Positions 45,286-54,608 are shown, numbered from the stretch's first letter. The stretch: 64,000 nt of DNA from Fimbriimonadia bacterium (GCA_041483895.1 JBGPGO010000004.1:33987-97986); one strand, 5' to 3'. Program-made: numbers and translations. Notes: generated by a model from the sequence alone, not told the origin.

Positions 45286-45792
45286 CTACTTACTGCCAGC
45301 TACCCTTTGACGAATCATCTCCTGAATCGCTGGTGTTGCAAAGGTACGAGCAAAATCCAATGCCGTTGCTCCAGCACTCGTTTGAATATCGACTCGCGCG
45401 CCTGCGTCAAGGAGAATTCGTACTACATCCTGCCGCCGGTACATTACCGCCTCATGCAAGGGGGTGAATCCGTCCTTAGACGGCAAGTTGATATCCGCCG
45501 CTTTCTTTATGAGATACCGCACGGCATCCGCCTTCCCCTCGGAGGCTGCGACTTGAACAGCAGTCCAGCCGGAGAACTTGTCTTGCTCGTTGATGTTTGA
45601 GCCGGACTTCAGAAATCGCTCGATCCCGGAGATGTCGCCGTGCCTGGCCGCCTCATGGAGCGATCGGGAAGTCGAACAGCCGGCCAGCGCTAGTAGGGAA
45701 AGGAGCAACAGCCAGCGCTGCCGCACAACCGTCGATCCACGTTTGTTGGTACGCCTCATCCGCGTCTGCCTCCAAGGCTTGTTCACCGTCAA
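45286..45792 (-). CDS. ankyrin-repeat lipoprotein
   Basis: Lipobox LALAGC. Three ankyrin-like repeats (LHEAARHGD, GWTAVQVAASEG, GFTPLHEAV). The start may be the internal ATG at 45759. Confidence 0.75.
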   Translation of the reverse strand: MTVNKPWRQTRMRRTNKRGSTVVRQRWLLLLSLLALAGCSTSRSLHEAARHGDISGIERFLKSGSNINEQDKFSGWTAVQVAASEGKADAVRYLIKKAADINLPSKDGFTPLHEAVMYRRQDVVRILLDAGARVDIQTSAGATALDFARTFATPAIQEMIRQRVAGSK

Positions 45793-45855
45793 TCGTAGTT
45801 TACACCACGGCAGGAAAAACAGTGTGCTGGGACAATGGCGGGAACTGCGCGCCTA

Positions 45856-46028
45856 GAAACCAAGCCCATGAAACGTGTTCCCGCAATCCTCCTCCTCCGA
45901 TGCGACCGGTCTCCCGACCGAGTCGCAGGTCTTCCACAGGTCTCCCGACCGATCCCGGACAGGAAATGCCAACAATGCCTCGAAACCATCCCCATGAAAC
46001 GTGTTCTCGCCATCCTCCTCATCCTCCT
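45856..46028. repeat. family A element (rearranged) flanked by a ~43-bp duplication of the S15 peptidase start region
   Basis: gaaaccaagcccATGAAACGTGTTCCCGCAATCCTCCTCCTCC (45856-45898), then GATGCGACCGGTCTCCCGACCGAGTCGC..., then gaaaccatccccATGAAACGTGTTCTCGCCATCCTCCTCATCCTCC (from 45982). Confidence 0.8.
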
Positions 46029-47793
46029 CGCCTGCCTGACCCAAGCCCAGGTCAACGGCGACAACTACACCAAGCAGCTCATCATGATCCCCATGCGCGA
46101 CGGCGTCAAGCTGGCCACCGTCGTCTATGTCCCAAAAGACACCAGCGAAAAACACCCGATCCTGATGGAGCGCACCCCCTACGGCGCCGGACCCTATGAC
46201 ACCGGCTTCCGCAACCCATACGGCTCGCGGAAGTTCAGCGACAATCACTACATCTTCGCCTACCAGGACGTGCGCGGCAAGGGCCGATCGGAAGGCGAGT
46301 TCGAGAATATCCGCCCCATCCGAACCAAGTACAACGGCCCGAAGGACACCGACGAGAGCACAGATACCTACGACATGGTCGAATACTTGGTCAAAAACAT
46401 CCCCAACAACAACGGGCGCGTCGGCGTGCGCGGCATCTCCTATCCGGGCTTCTACGCCGGCGCCGCCGCGATAAACACGCATCCCGCGCTCAAGGCCGCC
46501 TCGCCCCAGGCGCCCGTCTCCAACTGGTGGATTGGCGACGATTTTCACCACAATGGCGTGCTGTTCCTCATGGACGGGTTCAACTTCCTATCCGGTTTTG
46601 GCCGCCCGCCCAACCCGACCGTCCAGATGCCCTCGATCGACCGCGGCAGCGACGCGTATCAGTTCTTCCTCGATCTCGGCCCGCTGGCAAACGCCAATGA
46701 CAAATATCTGAAGAACCAGATCGCCTTTTGGAACGACATGGCGGCGCACGAGAGCTACGACGACTTTTGGAGGGCCCGCGCGCTCACCGATCACGCAAAG
46801 AACGTCCACTGCGCCGTGATGACCGTCGGCGGCTGGTTCGACGCCGAGGACCTCTGGGGCGCGCTCAACCTCTACAAGCATATCGAAAAGCAGAACAAGG
46901 GGATCCACAACACACTGGTGATGGGACCATGGCCGCACGGAGGATGGGCCGGCCGACCCGGAGACAAATTCGGCGACATTCCGTTCGGCATGCCAGCCTC
47001 CACATATTATCAGGAGAACATCGAATGGCCGTTCTTCGACGCCTACCTGCGCGGCGACGGCAACCCGAGCACGCAGGAGGCACAGGTGTTCGAGACCGGC
47101 GCGAACCAATGGCACACCTTCGACAAGTGGCCGCCAAAGGGGACGAAGGAGCAGTCGTTCTATCTCAGCGCCGGCAAAACGATCTCAACCAAGCAGGCAG
47201 GTAGCGGCCAGGATGAATATGTGAGCGACCCCGCCAATCCGGTTCCCTATGTTGGAAAGACGGGCCGGAATCGGAACAGCACATATATGGACGGCGACCA
47301 GCGCTTTGCCGAAAAAAGGGCGGACGTGTTGACCTTTAAGACCGAGCCGATGACGGAAGATCTAACCATCGTTGGACCGGTCTGGGCGGACCTTTTCGTG
47401 ACCTCAACGAGCACGGACGCTGATTTCGTGGTCAAAGTCATCGACGTATTCCCAGACGATGCGTCGGATAACCTTGGTGGCTATGAGATGCTGGTGCGCG
47501 GCGAAATCATGCGGGCCAAGTTCCGGAATAATCCGACAAAGCCCTCGCCGCTGACTCCCGGCAAAATAGAAAAGGTCTCGTACGCGCTGCCGGACGTGTT
47601 CCACACCTTTAAGAAGGGTCACCGGATGATGGTGCAGGTTCAGAGCAGCTGGTTCCCGCTCGGGGATCGGAATCCGCAGAAGTTCATGGACATTTGGAAG
47701 GCCAAGGCGGAGGACTTTACGAAAGCTACGATTCAATTGCACCACTCATCAAAGTCGGCTTCCCGCATCCGCGTCGGCGTCCTCCACCCGTAA
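45994..47793 (+). CDS. CocE/NonD family hydrolase (S15 X-Pro dipeptidyl-peptidase-like)
   Basis: Signal peptide MKRVLAILLILLACLTQA, MRDGVKL, YQDVRGKGRSEG and a C-terminal beta-sandwich domain. Start placed at the second duplicated ATG. Confidence 0.85.
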   Translation: MKRVLAILLILLACLTQAQVNGDNYTKQLIMIPMRDGVKLATVVYVPKDTSEKHPILMERTPYGAGPYDTGFRNPYGSRKFSDNHYIFAYQDVRGKGRSEGEFENIRPIRTKYNGPKDTDESTDTYDMVEYLVKNIPNNNGRVGVRGISYPGFYAGAAAINTHPALKAASPQAPVSNWWIGDDFHHNGVLFLMDGFNFLSGFGRPPNPTVQMPSIDRGSDAYQFFLDLGPLANANDKYLKNQIAFWNDMAAHESYDDFWRARALTDHAKNVHCAVMTVGGWFDAEDLWGALNLYKHIEKQNKGIHNTLVMGPWPHGGWAGRPGDKFGDIPFGMPASTYYQENIEWPFFDAYLRGDGNPSTQEAQVFETGANQWHTFDKWPPKGTKEQSFYLSAGKTISTKQAGSGQDEYVSDPANPVPYVGKTGRNRNSTYMDGDQRFAEKRADVLTFKTEPMTEDLTIVGPVWADLFVTSTSTDADFVVKVIDVFPDDASDNLGGYEMLVRGEIMRAKFRNNPTKPSPLTPGKIEKVSYALPDVFHTFKKGHRMMVQVQSSWFPLGDRNPQKFMDIWKAKAEDFTKATIQLHHSSKSASRIRVGVLHP

Positions 47794-47950
47794 CGCTGCC
47801 TTCCAGGCGGCAAAGATGAATTTGTAACGCTGGCATCCTGCCGGCTCAAATTTCCCGTAGCGCTGCCTTCCAGGCGGCAAAAACGATCGTGCCGGCATCC
47901 TGACGGCTCTCCCCAAAGGTCGCAATGCCACCTAGAAGGCAGCGTTACAA
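47788..47950. repeat. REP-like hairpin repeat cluster (family B, four to five hairpin units in both orientations)
   Basis: CCGTAACGCTGCCTTCCAGGCGGCA, GTAACGCTGGCATCCTGCCGGC, CGTAGCGCTGCCTTCCAGGCGGCA, GTGCCGGCATCCTGACGGC and an inverted ...GAAGGCAGCGTTAC. The TAA stop of the S15 gene lies within the first unit. Confidence 0.85.
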
Positions 47951-48153
47951 GACGGACATTGACGTAAAAAAAAGGAAGGCAGAATAGCTTCGGCCCTCCT
48001 AAGGCATACGCCCCAACCTGGATGGTAAATAGATCATATCGTATATTGACGGTTCTGTCAAGCGGAATCTGAAGAAAAGCTCGAACTTTTTCGAATGTGA
48101 CGCCGTTACTGACCACTTGAGGTTCTGCCCGCTCGGTGGCCTGCAATCATATT

Positions 48154-48975
48154 TCATGGATTATCCTCGGTCGATGTGATGTTCCATAACCGCATTCTCC
48201 GCTCAGATTCCTCTAGCCCGATGCGCTTCAATTCGTCATGCTTCGCCTCAATCCGGACTAAGAATTCCTTTCCTTCGGGAGAGGTCACCTGCGCCTTGAG
48301 CACGGCCATTCGATCGTCGAGATTCGATTGCATTTTCCCCAGTGCATCTTTCATGCGCCCCATCATCTGCCTAACATTGGCCGACATTTGCTCAAGCGCT
48401 TCTTCCTTGGTTATCTCGCCGGACAAACGCCGTTCAAGAATCGATTCGGACGTATTGTGGCTCTCATCGCCAGTTGCCAAGATGGTCTCGATATGCTCTC
48501 GCTGCTCAGGCAAAGCATGATCGAGCAGGTCCTGATGTTCTTGGTCCAAGACCGGTCGGCACGTTCCAAGCCGTTCCAAGATTTCTTCTCGGCTGGCCGA
48601 TTTGGCCCATTCTAGGAGCTCTTGCACATGAGAACGAGTGGTTTTCGCTTCTTGTCGGGCCGCTTTCCGCTGTTCCGGACTCAGCCCGCGAGCATCCACC
48701 CACTCCTTGCCGCCGGCTGCAACAAAGGATTCATAAAACGCGATGGAGTGTGCTTCCGAGAGCTGGCGCATCTCGTCGGACGGCCTGCCAAACGTCCAGT
48801 CCCGGTAACATTCCCCGAGGACGATTTCGATTGCCACCTCCTCCGTCTTGTCCAGGTCGGCAGCCAGGCATGGCAGCTCGATGTCCATCTTCGAGCAATA
48901 CCAGTCGATCATCCACCGCACGCGGATGCCGAGATCGGGCGGCTGAGGTCCAGATTCAGGCTTCGGTTCTTCCAT
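48154..48975 (-). CDS. hypothetical acidic helical protein, N-terminal domain shared with 49095..50057
   Basis: ORF with good coding character. Shares the MIxWYC(S/R)...LE(I/L)xLG...(R/E)DW N-terminal block with its neighbour. No family recognised. The track ORF begins at TTG 49014. Confidence 0.55.
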   Translation of the reverse strand: MEEPKPESGPQPPDLGIRVRWMIDWYCSKMDIELPCLAADLDKTEEVAIEIVLGECYRDWTFGRPSDEMRQLSEAHSIAFYESFVAAGGKEWVDARGLSPEQRKAARQEAKTTRSHVQELLEWAKSASREEILERLGTCRPVLDQEHQDLLDHALPEQREHIETILATGDESHNTSESILERRLSGEITKEEALEQMSANVRQMMGRMKDALGKMQSNLDDRMAVLKAQVTSPEGKEFLVRIEAKHDELKRIGLEESERRMRLWNITSTEDNP

Positions 48976-49094
48976 CACTAACCAATGTACGCCAAAATTC
49001 GTCTTGAGATGCAAGTTTCGAGCATTGGCGGCGATATTGCCTGCCCGACGCGGTACCCGCCTTCGCAGTGCTATTGCGAAGGGATTAGGGACGG

Positions 49095-50057
49095 TTACTT
49101 CTCACGGCGGCGAGGACGCAAGCCCCAGCGGCTGCGGAATTCTGACCAGAAGGAGGTTTGCTCTCGCTCGCCACAAAGCGTCCGTATCCATTCCGATTCG
49201 ATCTGGGTCGTCTCCTGCGCGAGGCGATCGACCTCATCCAGCATAGGCTGCAGAGCCACTTGGAACTGGCCCATAAACTCCTCGCCCGCGGCAGCGGGCA
49301 CACAGTTTACGTCAACCTGCCGTCCCTTCATCACCCAAGCCGTCGGGCCATAAATCGACACGTGCTGCCGCATTTCCCATGCGCGGCGTTCAATTTGCCG
49401 AATGACATCTTCTTGCTCCCGATTGGCGGGATGATGCCGCTTGAATTCCGCCCCTTCCCGGCGCAACTCTCGACCCCTTTCCTCAATCCGCCGAAAGAGG
49501 GCACGGCCAGCATCGGAGCGGATTCGGGATCGCAGTCGATCCCTGTTCACAATCTTCTGCCGCTTCACTTCGGCCAATTCGTTCATGTATCGCTTCGCAG
49601 CCCAGGCCGCCTTCCGTTGCAACTCCTCGTTCTCAGAAAGGTCGCCCGTTGACAGTTTCTCTTCCATCTCGCTGAGCACCAAGAGGTAGTCGTCCGCCGC
49701 ATCGAAATACCCCTCAAATTGCGGCCGCATGCTGCCCGGGATCGATCGATAAACATCGGTCATATCAATCTCAGGTGGCTCCGTCGGCTCCGGACGGGTC
49801 CTTCTCTCCCGGCCCTCTTTGCCCGCGACCTCCTTGGCAAGCCAGCGCAGTTCCGAAATCGGCTGCAGTAGCAGCCAGTCCTCGAAAAGCCCTCCGAGCA
49901 TCAATTCCAGTGCCGCTCCCTCCCGGCCACCGTAGGCGCTCTCGTGCCACCGTAGCTTGATGCCAAACCGCCGGCAATACCAGCCGATCATATTCTCGTG
50001 TTCCGCCATACCGATAAGAATACGTCCGGGAGTATTCTTGGATGCGTTTCGGCTCAC
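49095..50057 (-). CDS. hypothetical Arg/Glu-rich helical protein, N-terminal domain shared with 48154..48975
   Basis: As above. The start is either GTG 50057 or ATG 50009. The antisense 451-aa ORF over the permease gene was rejected. Confidence 0.55.
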   Translation of the reverse strand: MSRNASKNTPGRILIGMAEHENMIGWYCRRFGIKLRWHESAYGGREGAALELMLGGLFEDWLLLQPISELRWLAKEVAGKEGRERRTRPEPTEPPEIDMTDVYRSIPGSMRPQFEGYFDAADDYLLVLSEMEEKLSTGDLSENEELQRKAAWAAKRYMNELAEVKRQKIVNRDRLRSRIRSDAGRALFRRIEERGRELRREGAEFKRHHPANREQEDVIRQIERRAWEMRQHVSIYGPTAWVMKGRQVDVNCVPAAAGEEFMGQFQVALQPMLDEVDRLAQETTQIESEWIRTLCGEREQTSFWSEFRSRWGLRPRRREK

Positions 50058-50124
50058 TTCGCGTACTAATAATCACACCGAGCATCGAAAGGGATGGATA
50101 ATTAGGGATGAGTTCAATGGCCCT

Positions 50125-51315
50125 ATGGCAATAACCGCCGAAAAATCCGTGGCAAAGAAGCGGCCGCGCGCCCGGTCCGCCTTCAACCCGCTGTCGCCGG
50201 TCATGTTCCTTTGGCGCAACCCCGGCCAAACCATCCCCCTTTGCGGAGTGATCGTCATGGCGGTGCTGCTCATCGGCGGCATCGTGGCCATGCTGGATTC
50301 CATCCCCCACGCCATCCGCACCGTCTACGGCTACAACAAAGAGTTCTGCATCGTCTGGCCTCGCGCGGACACGGAAAATACCCAAAAGATGGCCGACATG
50401 CTGCATGACGCGCCCCAATTGGGCCGCATGCTCCGCGTCCGCACCGCCATGATGCGCGTCAAGACCATCGTCGGCCAGTGGCCGTTCATCGTCTACGGCC
50501 TCTCGCAGCGCGATTACCAGCCGATGATGGACCGCCTCGGGTTCACCATCACCGAGGGCCGGCTGCCGAGACCCGGCGAGCCCGAGATGGTTGTCTCCCG
50601 GCAGGTGGCGCGGAACAAGAACCTGCATATCGGCAGCGTGGCGATGGGGCCGGACCTGACGGACGAGTACGCTACGGTGCCGGTCAAAGTGGTCGGCATC
50701 ATGGACGGCAAGCACTGGTTCGCTTTCACATCCGGGCGTTTCATCCGCGAACAGCCGCTGCTGCGAAGCGTGAGCCTTGTGCTGATGGCGGACGAATCGA
50801 AGAATCAACAGGCGCTCGACATATGGACCACCAAACGGATGAAAGGTACGCAGGCAAGGGTGTTCAGCTATGAGGAGCTCAACACGCAGACGGAAAAGGA
50901 CCTGTCCACGCTCTACCTGCTGCTGAACATCGTCATCGGCGCCCTGGTTGTCGTTATGGCCACCATGATGGGTCTGCTCGCCAACATCCACTTTTCCCAA
51001 CGGATGGTGGAGTTCGGACTGCTGCAGGCCATCGGCTACACGCGGTCTAAGCTGCTGCGCCGCGTGGTCGGCGAAACTCTGCTGGTGGTCATCGGGGCCT
51101 GGATCATCGGTCTCGGCCTCACCCATTTAGGCCTCGAGATCGTCCGCACACAAGTGATGGACCCAAAGGGCTACCCGATGGTGATGGCGGGATGGGAGAT
51201 CTATCGCTATACCCTGGCTGTCCCGGTCGCCATTGGGATGTTCGCCGTTCTGACTGTGTGGCTGAGGTTCCGGCGATTCGATCCAGTGGCCATCGTCGAG
51301 CGGAGGCTCGTGTGA
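50125..51315 (+). CDS. ABC transporter permease, FtsX/MacB-like (4 TM with large periplasmic loop)
   Basis: TM1, then a ~230-aa loop, then three C-terminal TM helices with the FGLLQAIGYTR motif. Start at MAITAEK. Confidence 0.8.
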   Translation: MAITAEKSVAKKRPRARSAFNPLSPVMFLWRNPGQTIPLCGVIVMAVLLIGGIVAMLDSIPHAIRTVYGYNKEFCIVWPRADTENTQKMADMLHDAPQLGRMLRVRTAMMRVKTIVGQWPFIVYGLSQRDYQPMMDRLGFTITEGRLPRPGEPEMVVSRQVARNKNLHIGSVAMGPDLTDEYATVPVKVVGIMDGKHWFAFTSGRFIREQPLLRSVSLVLMADESKNQQALDIWTTKRMKGTQARVFSYEELNTQTEKDLSTLYLLLNIVIGALVVVMATMMGLLANIHFSQRMVEFGLLQAIGYTRSKLLRRVVGETLLVVIGAWIIGLGLTHLGLEIVRTQVMDPKGYPMVMAGWEIYRYTLAVPVAIGMFAVLTVWLRFRRFDPVAIVERRLV

Positions 51316-51980
51316 TTCGAATCGAAGACGCCTCCCTGATCTATCGAGATTCGACCGGTCCGGTGCATGCCTGCCGAAGAATCAATCTGCAAGTGGAGAC
51401 GGGCGAGTTTCTCGGTATCTTGGGCCCGAGCGGGTCGGGGAAAAGCTCTCTGCTCTATCTGATGAGCGGACTGAAGACACCGACGCACGGCCGCGTGCTG
51501 TATCAGGACCGGGACTATCAGGAGCTAAAGGCAAGCGAGCGGGACCGGCTCCGGCTGGCGCGATTCGGCATGCTGTTCCAATACCCGTATCTTCTTGGTT
51601 ATCTAACGGCATTGGAAAACGTGCTGGTCGGCGGGAACGGGCCGGTCCGGACGGCGCGCGCTGTGGAGCTGCTCGATCGCCTGGGGGTAGGCGACAAGCT
51701 GCATCGCCGGCCGCGAGCGCTTTCCGGCGGGGAGAAGCAGCGGGTCTGCGTGGCGCGGGCATTGCTCAACGAGCCGGAGGCTATCTTCGCCGACGAACCG
51801 ACGGCGTCACTGGACCATTCGACGGGAAAAGCTGTGGTGGAGACCCTGATCGAGCATCGGGGCGAAGGGACCATAATCCTGGTCACCCACGACCCGACGA
51901 TGCTAGAGTCGGCGGACCGCGTGATCCGGCTAGAAGACGGGGAGATCGTGGGTGCCAATCCCTCGGAAGGCATGGTATAA
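51312..51980 (+). CDS. ABC transporter ATP-binding protein (MacB/LolD-like)
   Basis: Walker [10 protein letters not shown], signature LSGGEKQR, Walker B IFADEPT. The GTG start overlaps the permease stop (GTGTGA). Confidence 0.9.
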   Translation: MIRIEDASLIYRDSTGPVHACRRINLQVETGEFLGILGPSGSGKSSLLYLMSGLKTPTHGRVLYQDRDYQELKASERDRLRLARFGMLFQYPYLLGYLTALENVLVGGNGPVRTARAVELLDRLGVGDKLHRRPRALSGGEKQRVCVARALLNEPEAIFADEPTASLDHSTGKAVVETLIEHRGEGTIILVTHDPTMLESADRVIRLEDGEIVGANPSEGMV

Positions 51981-51988
51981 AGTAAGGG

Positions 51989-52231
51989 ATGTTGACAAAG
52001 TACATTCAGACGGCTATGAGCCTAGCCAAATACGAAGTTATTGAGGACGATAACACCTACTTTGGGTCTATTCCTGGATTCCAGGGATTGTGGGCCAACG
52101 CAGACACCCTCGAGGCATGCCGCGATGAGCTTATGGAGACACTGGAGGACTGGATCCTGGTTGGTGTTCGGCGCCAAATGCCGCTTCCCGTCATCGGCGG
52201 CATTGATTTGAATGTGCGCGCAGGGGTTTAG
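51989..52231 (+). CDS. hicB: HicB family antitoxin (UPF0150 fold only)
   Basis: YEVIEDDNTYFGSIPGFQGLWANADTLEACRDEL is typical of the HicB N-terminal domain. It sits immediately upstream of hicA. Confidence 0.75.
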   Translation: MLTKYIQTAMSLAKYEVIEDDNTYFGSIPGFQGLWANADTLEACRDELMETLEDWILVGVRRQMPLPVIGGIDLNVRAGV

Positions 52232-52449
52232 TGCCAAAACTAGGGCCAATCAATCGTCGTGACTTCATAAAGTTCCTGCGTAAGTGCGGATTCGATGGCC
52301 CATTCGCTGGAGCGAAGCATCAACTTATGACGAAGGGCGAAATTCAGATTCCTATCCCCAATCCACATCGCTCCGATATCGGACGCGGACTTCTCACAAG
52401 AATCCTGCGTGACGCAGATATTTCTCGCGAAGAGTGGGAGGCCCTTTGA
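52231..52449 (+). CDS. hicA: HicA family mRNA interferase toxin
   Basis: RDFIKFLRKCGF...GAKHQLM...IPNPHRSDIGRGLLTRILRDADIS matches the YcfA/HicA pattern. The GTG start overlaps the hicB stop. Confidence 0.8.
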   Translation: MPKLGPINRRDFIKFLRKCGFDGPFAGAKHQLMTKGEIQIPIPNPHRSDIGRGLLTRILRDADISREEWEAL

Positions 52450-52631
52450 GGCTCGATTCCTACACCCAATTTGGCGGGCATCGCCGGGAAAGCAGGCCGT
52501 GTACGAATTGCGTGGCCTGCCCCCTGTGGCCGTGGATCCGCACGCCGATATCCATTCGCGGTTGACCACAAGAAGCCCTCAGCGGCGGGATCATGAAACT
52601 GCCTGTATAATATGAGGTAGAGGAGAGCCCA

Positions 52632-53516
52632 ATGAACGCACGCACTGGATTGGTTATAGGTAGCGCATTGTTCGCACTGATCGGATATGCTCATCCGATC
52701 TCGCAGGTCGTCTCTTTTGGCGACAGCCTGTCGGACAACGGCAACCTGTTCGCCCTCACGGGATATCCCGGCGCCCCCTACTGGCAGGGACGATTTTCCA
52801 ACGGCCCCGTCTGGGTTGAATATCTTTCGAGCGATCTGGGTAAGACGTTAAACGACTACGCCTACGGCGGCGCGGACACGGACACCGTCAACACCCTTGC
52901 GCCCGGCACTGGAATCCGATGGCAGGTGGACAGCTATCTGGCGGCGCATCCCTCCGTTGATTCCGACGCGCTCTATGTGTTGAACGGCGGCACTAACGAC
53001 TACATCGATGGGGCGAGCGACCCAACGGTGCCGGTCAACAACTTTCTGGGTGAGATCCACGACCTTGCACAACATGGCGGCGGGCTGTTTCTGATCATGT
53101 CTCTTCCGGACCTCGGCATCACGCCGGCGCTCTACGGGACGGCGCTCCAGGACCTCGCGACGCAGCTCTCCATTCAGCACAATGCATTGATTCAATCCGG
53201 CCTCGCCGATATGGGCAGCCAGTTTCCTACGGTCCACTTCATCTATTTCGATGTGTTCGCGATTCAACACCAGATTTTCGACGACCCTGGAGCGTATGGG
53301 TTCACGAACGTGACGGACAGCTATCTGGACAAAGGCTCGGGCGATCCGTACAACTATGCCTATTGGGACATCGGCCATCCGACGACGCACGCCCACCACA
53401 TCATCGGCGACGCGGCGTACACCCTGGTGCCGGAGCCCTGCATAGCCGTTTCTTTCGCGGCACTAGTCGCCGCGGCTGTCCGGCGTCGGCAGCGACAGGG
53501 TCTACGGAGAGCGTGA
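52632..53516 (+). CDS. SGNH/GDSL family lipase/esterase with C-terminal PEP-CTERM sorting signal
   Basis: FGDSLSDNGN block I and DxxHPT block V (WDIGHPT). The C-terminus VPEP + hydrophobic helix + RRRQRQ is a PEP-CTERM signal. Confidence 0.85.
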   Translation: MNARTGLVIGSALFALIGYAHPISQVVSFGDSLSDNGNLFALTGYPGAPYWQGRFSNGPVWVEYLSSDLGKTLNDYAYGGADTDTVNTLAPGTGIRWQVDSYLAAHPSVDSDALYVLNGGTNDYIDGASDPTVPVNNFLGEIHDLAQHGGGLFLIMSLPDLGITPALYGTALQDLATQLSIQHNALIQSGLADMGSQFPTVHFIYFDVFAIQHQIFDDPGAYGFTNVTDSYLDKGSGDPYNYAYWDIGHPTTHAHHIIGDAAYTLVPEPCIAVSFAALVAAAVRRRQRQGLRRA

Positions 53517-54608
53517 GTGCACATTCGGAAAATGGATGTCCACAATATCCCTGACTGCATCGTAATGATAGGTCCCGCCGGCGGCAATCACGACGTCGCG
53601 AATGTATACGAACTTGACCTTCATAAGTGCATCGAATTCGCGCACGTTCTTGAGACGCGGTTTTCGCTTTAGCTTCGCAAGGAAATCGTGCGAGAATGAT
53701 GGGCCCGTATCGGGATCAACCTCCAGTACAATCTTATCTCGGAACAATCCCGACGACGGGTTCTTCCAGTTGCCGTCAAGATAGTACGCGTCCGTCAAGA
53801 GCTCCAGCGCCGATCGAATGGGAACAAGCAAATCCCTAGGGTCGCCCTTGGGAAGGGCGCTACTGTACGGGTACAGGGCCGACGGTGGCACCGACTCGCC
53901 GTTGATCCTAAACCGCCAAAATGCGGGAATCTGCCAGATCCAAATGTCGAAGTCCGGTATAAAGCCTTTGAACTCCACCCATGCAAACTGCCGACCTAGC
54001 GGTCGCGGCACTAAGACCTCGTCGTAGCCTTTGCAGACAATGGGTTGCTGAAATTTTGTGACATTTGACCAGTCGATGATGAACCGCGCCGAGGAAATTT
54101 TGCCCAGCCAGGTCGCTCCAGTCGTGAGCTCATAGAATGCTCCACGCACCTTCTCGCCGGACTGCCATTGAATCGATTCATATTCCACACGAACCCGCCG
54201 TCTCTGGCCTTTGGCAAAGGCCACCTTCTTTATCCAAGCTCCCTCATGGCGGCGTTCCTCGTCGTCCGGATCGGGCTGCTCGAGGTATTTGAAGGAAACT
54301 CGCACCCGATTGCCGTCCACCCAAGACTTGAACCACCGGATACACCTGCGGTTCATCGTGTGGTCGCCCTCGTCAGGGAAGCCCATCGTGACCGTCGTCT
54401 TTCCGCCCGTGTTTTGAAAGACGAAGTCGGCTATCGCAATGAAAAACGTGTTATGCAGATAGATTCGGACGGTCTCGTTCACCATCCGAATCTGCTTGTT
54501 CTTGGAGAAGTTGTATGCGCCGCCCACCTCGGCGGTGCTGCCATCGTCGGCATGGCAGGCGAGGATCGTGATGGTCGAGAAAAGGACGCTGATCAAAAAC
54601 CGCCGCAT
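53502..54608 (-). CDS. DUF4424-like exported protein with copper-amine-oxidase-N-like C-terminal domain (paralogue 1)
   Basis: Signal peptide. DDGSTAEVGGAYNFSKNKQIRMVNETVRIY...FVFQNTG...TMGFPDEG resembles the DUF4424 N-terminal pattern. Family recall is from memory. Confidence 0.55.
   Translation of the reverse strand: MRRFLISVLFSTITILACHADDGSTAEVGGAYNFSKNKQIRMVNETVRIYLHNTFFIAIADFVFQNTGGKTTVTMGFPDEGDHTMNRRCIRWFKSWVDGNRVRVSFKYLEQPDPDDEERRHEGAWIKKVAFAKGQRRRVRVEYESIQWQSGEKVRGAFYELTTGATWLGKISSARFIIDWSNVTKFQQPIVCKGYDEVLVPRPLGRQFAWVEFKGFIPDFDIWIWQIPAFWRFRINGESVPPSALYPYSSALPKGDPRDLLVPIRSALELLTDAYYLDGNWKNPSSGLFRDKIVLEVDPDTGPSFSHDFLAKLKRKPRLKNVREFDALMKVKFVYIRDVVIAAGGTYHYDAVRDIVDIHFPNVHSRSP

Noticed and set aside
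49771-51126. 451-aa minus-strand ORF
   Set aside because: It is antisense to the FtsX-like permease gene, which has clear TM topology. The translation is His/Asp/Gly/Arg-rich with no motif.
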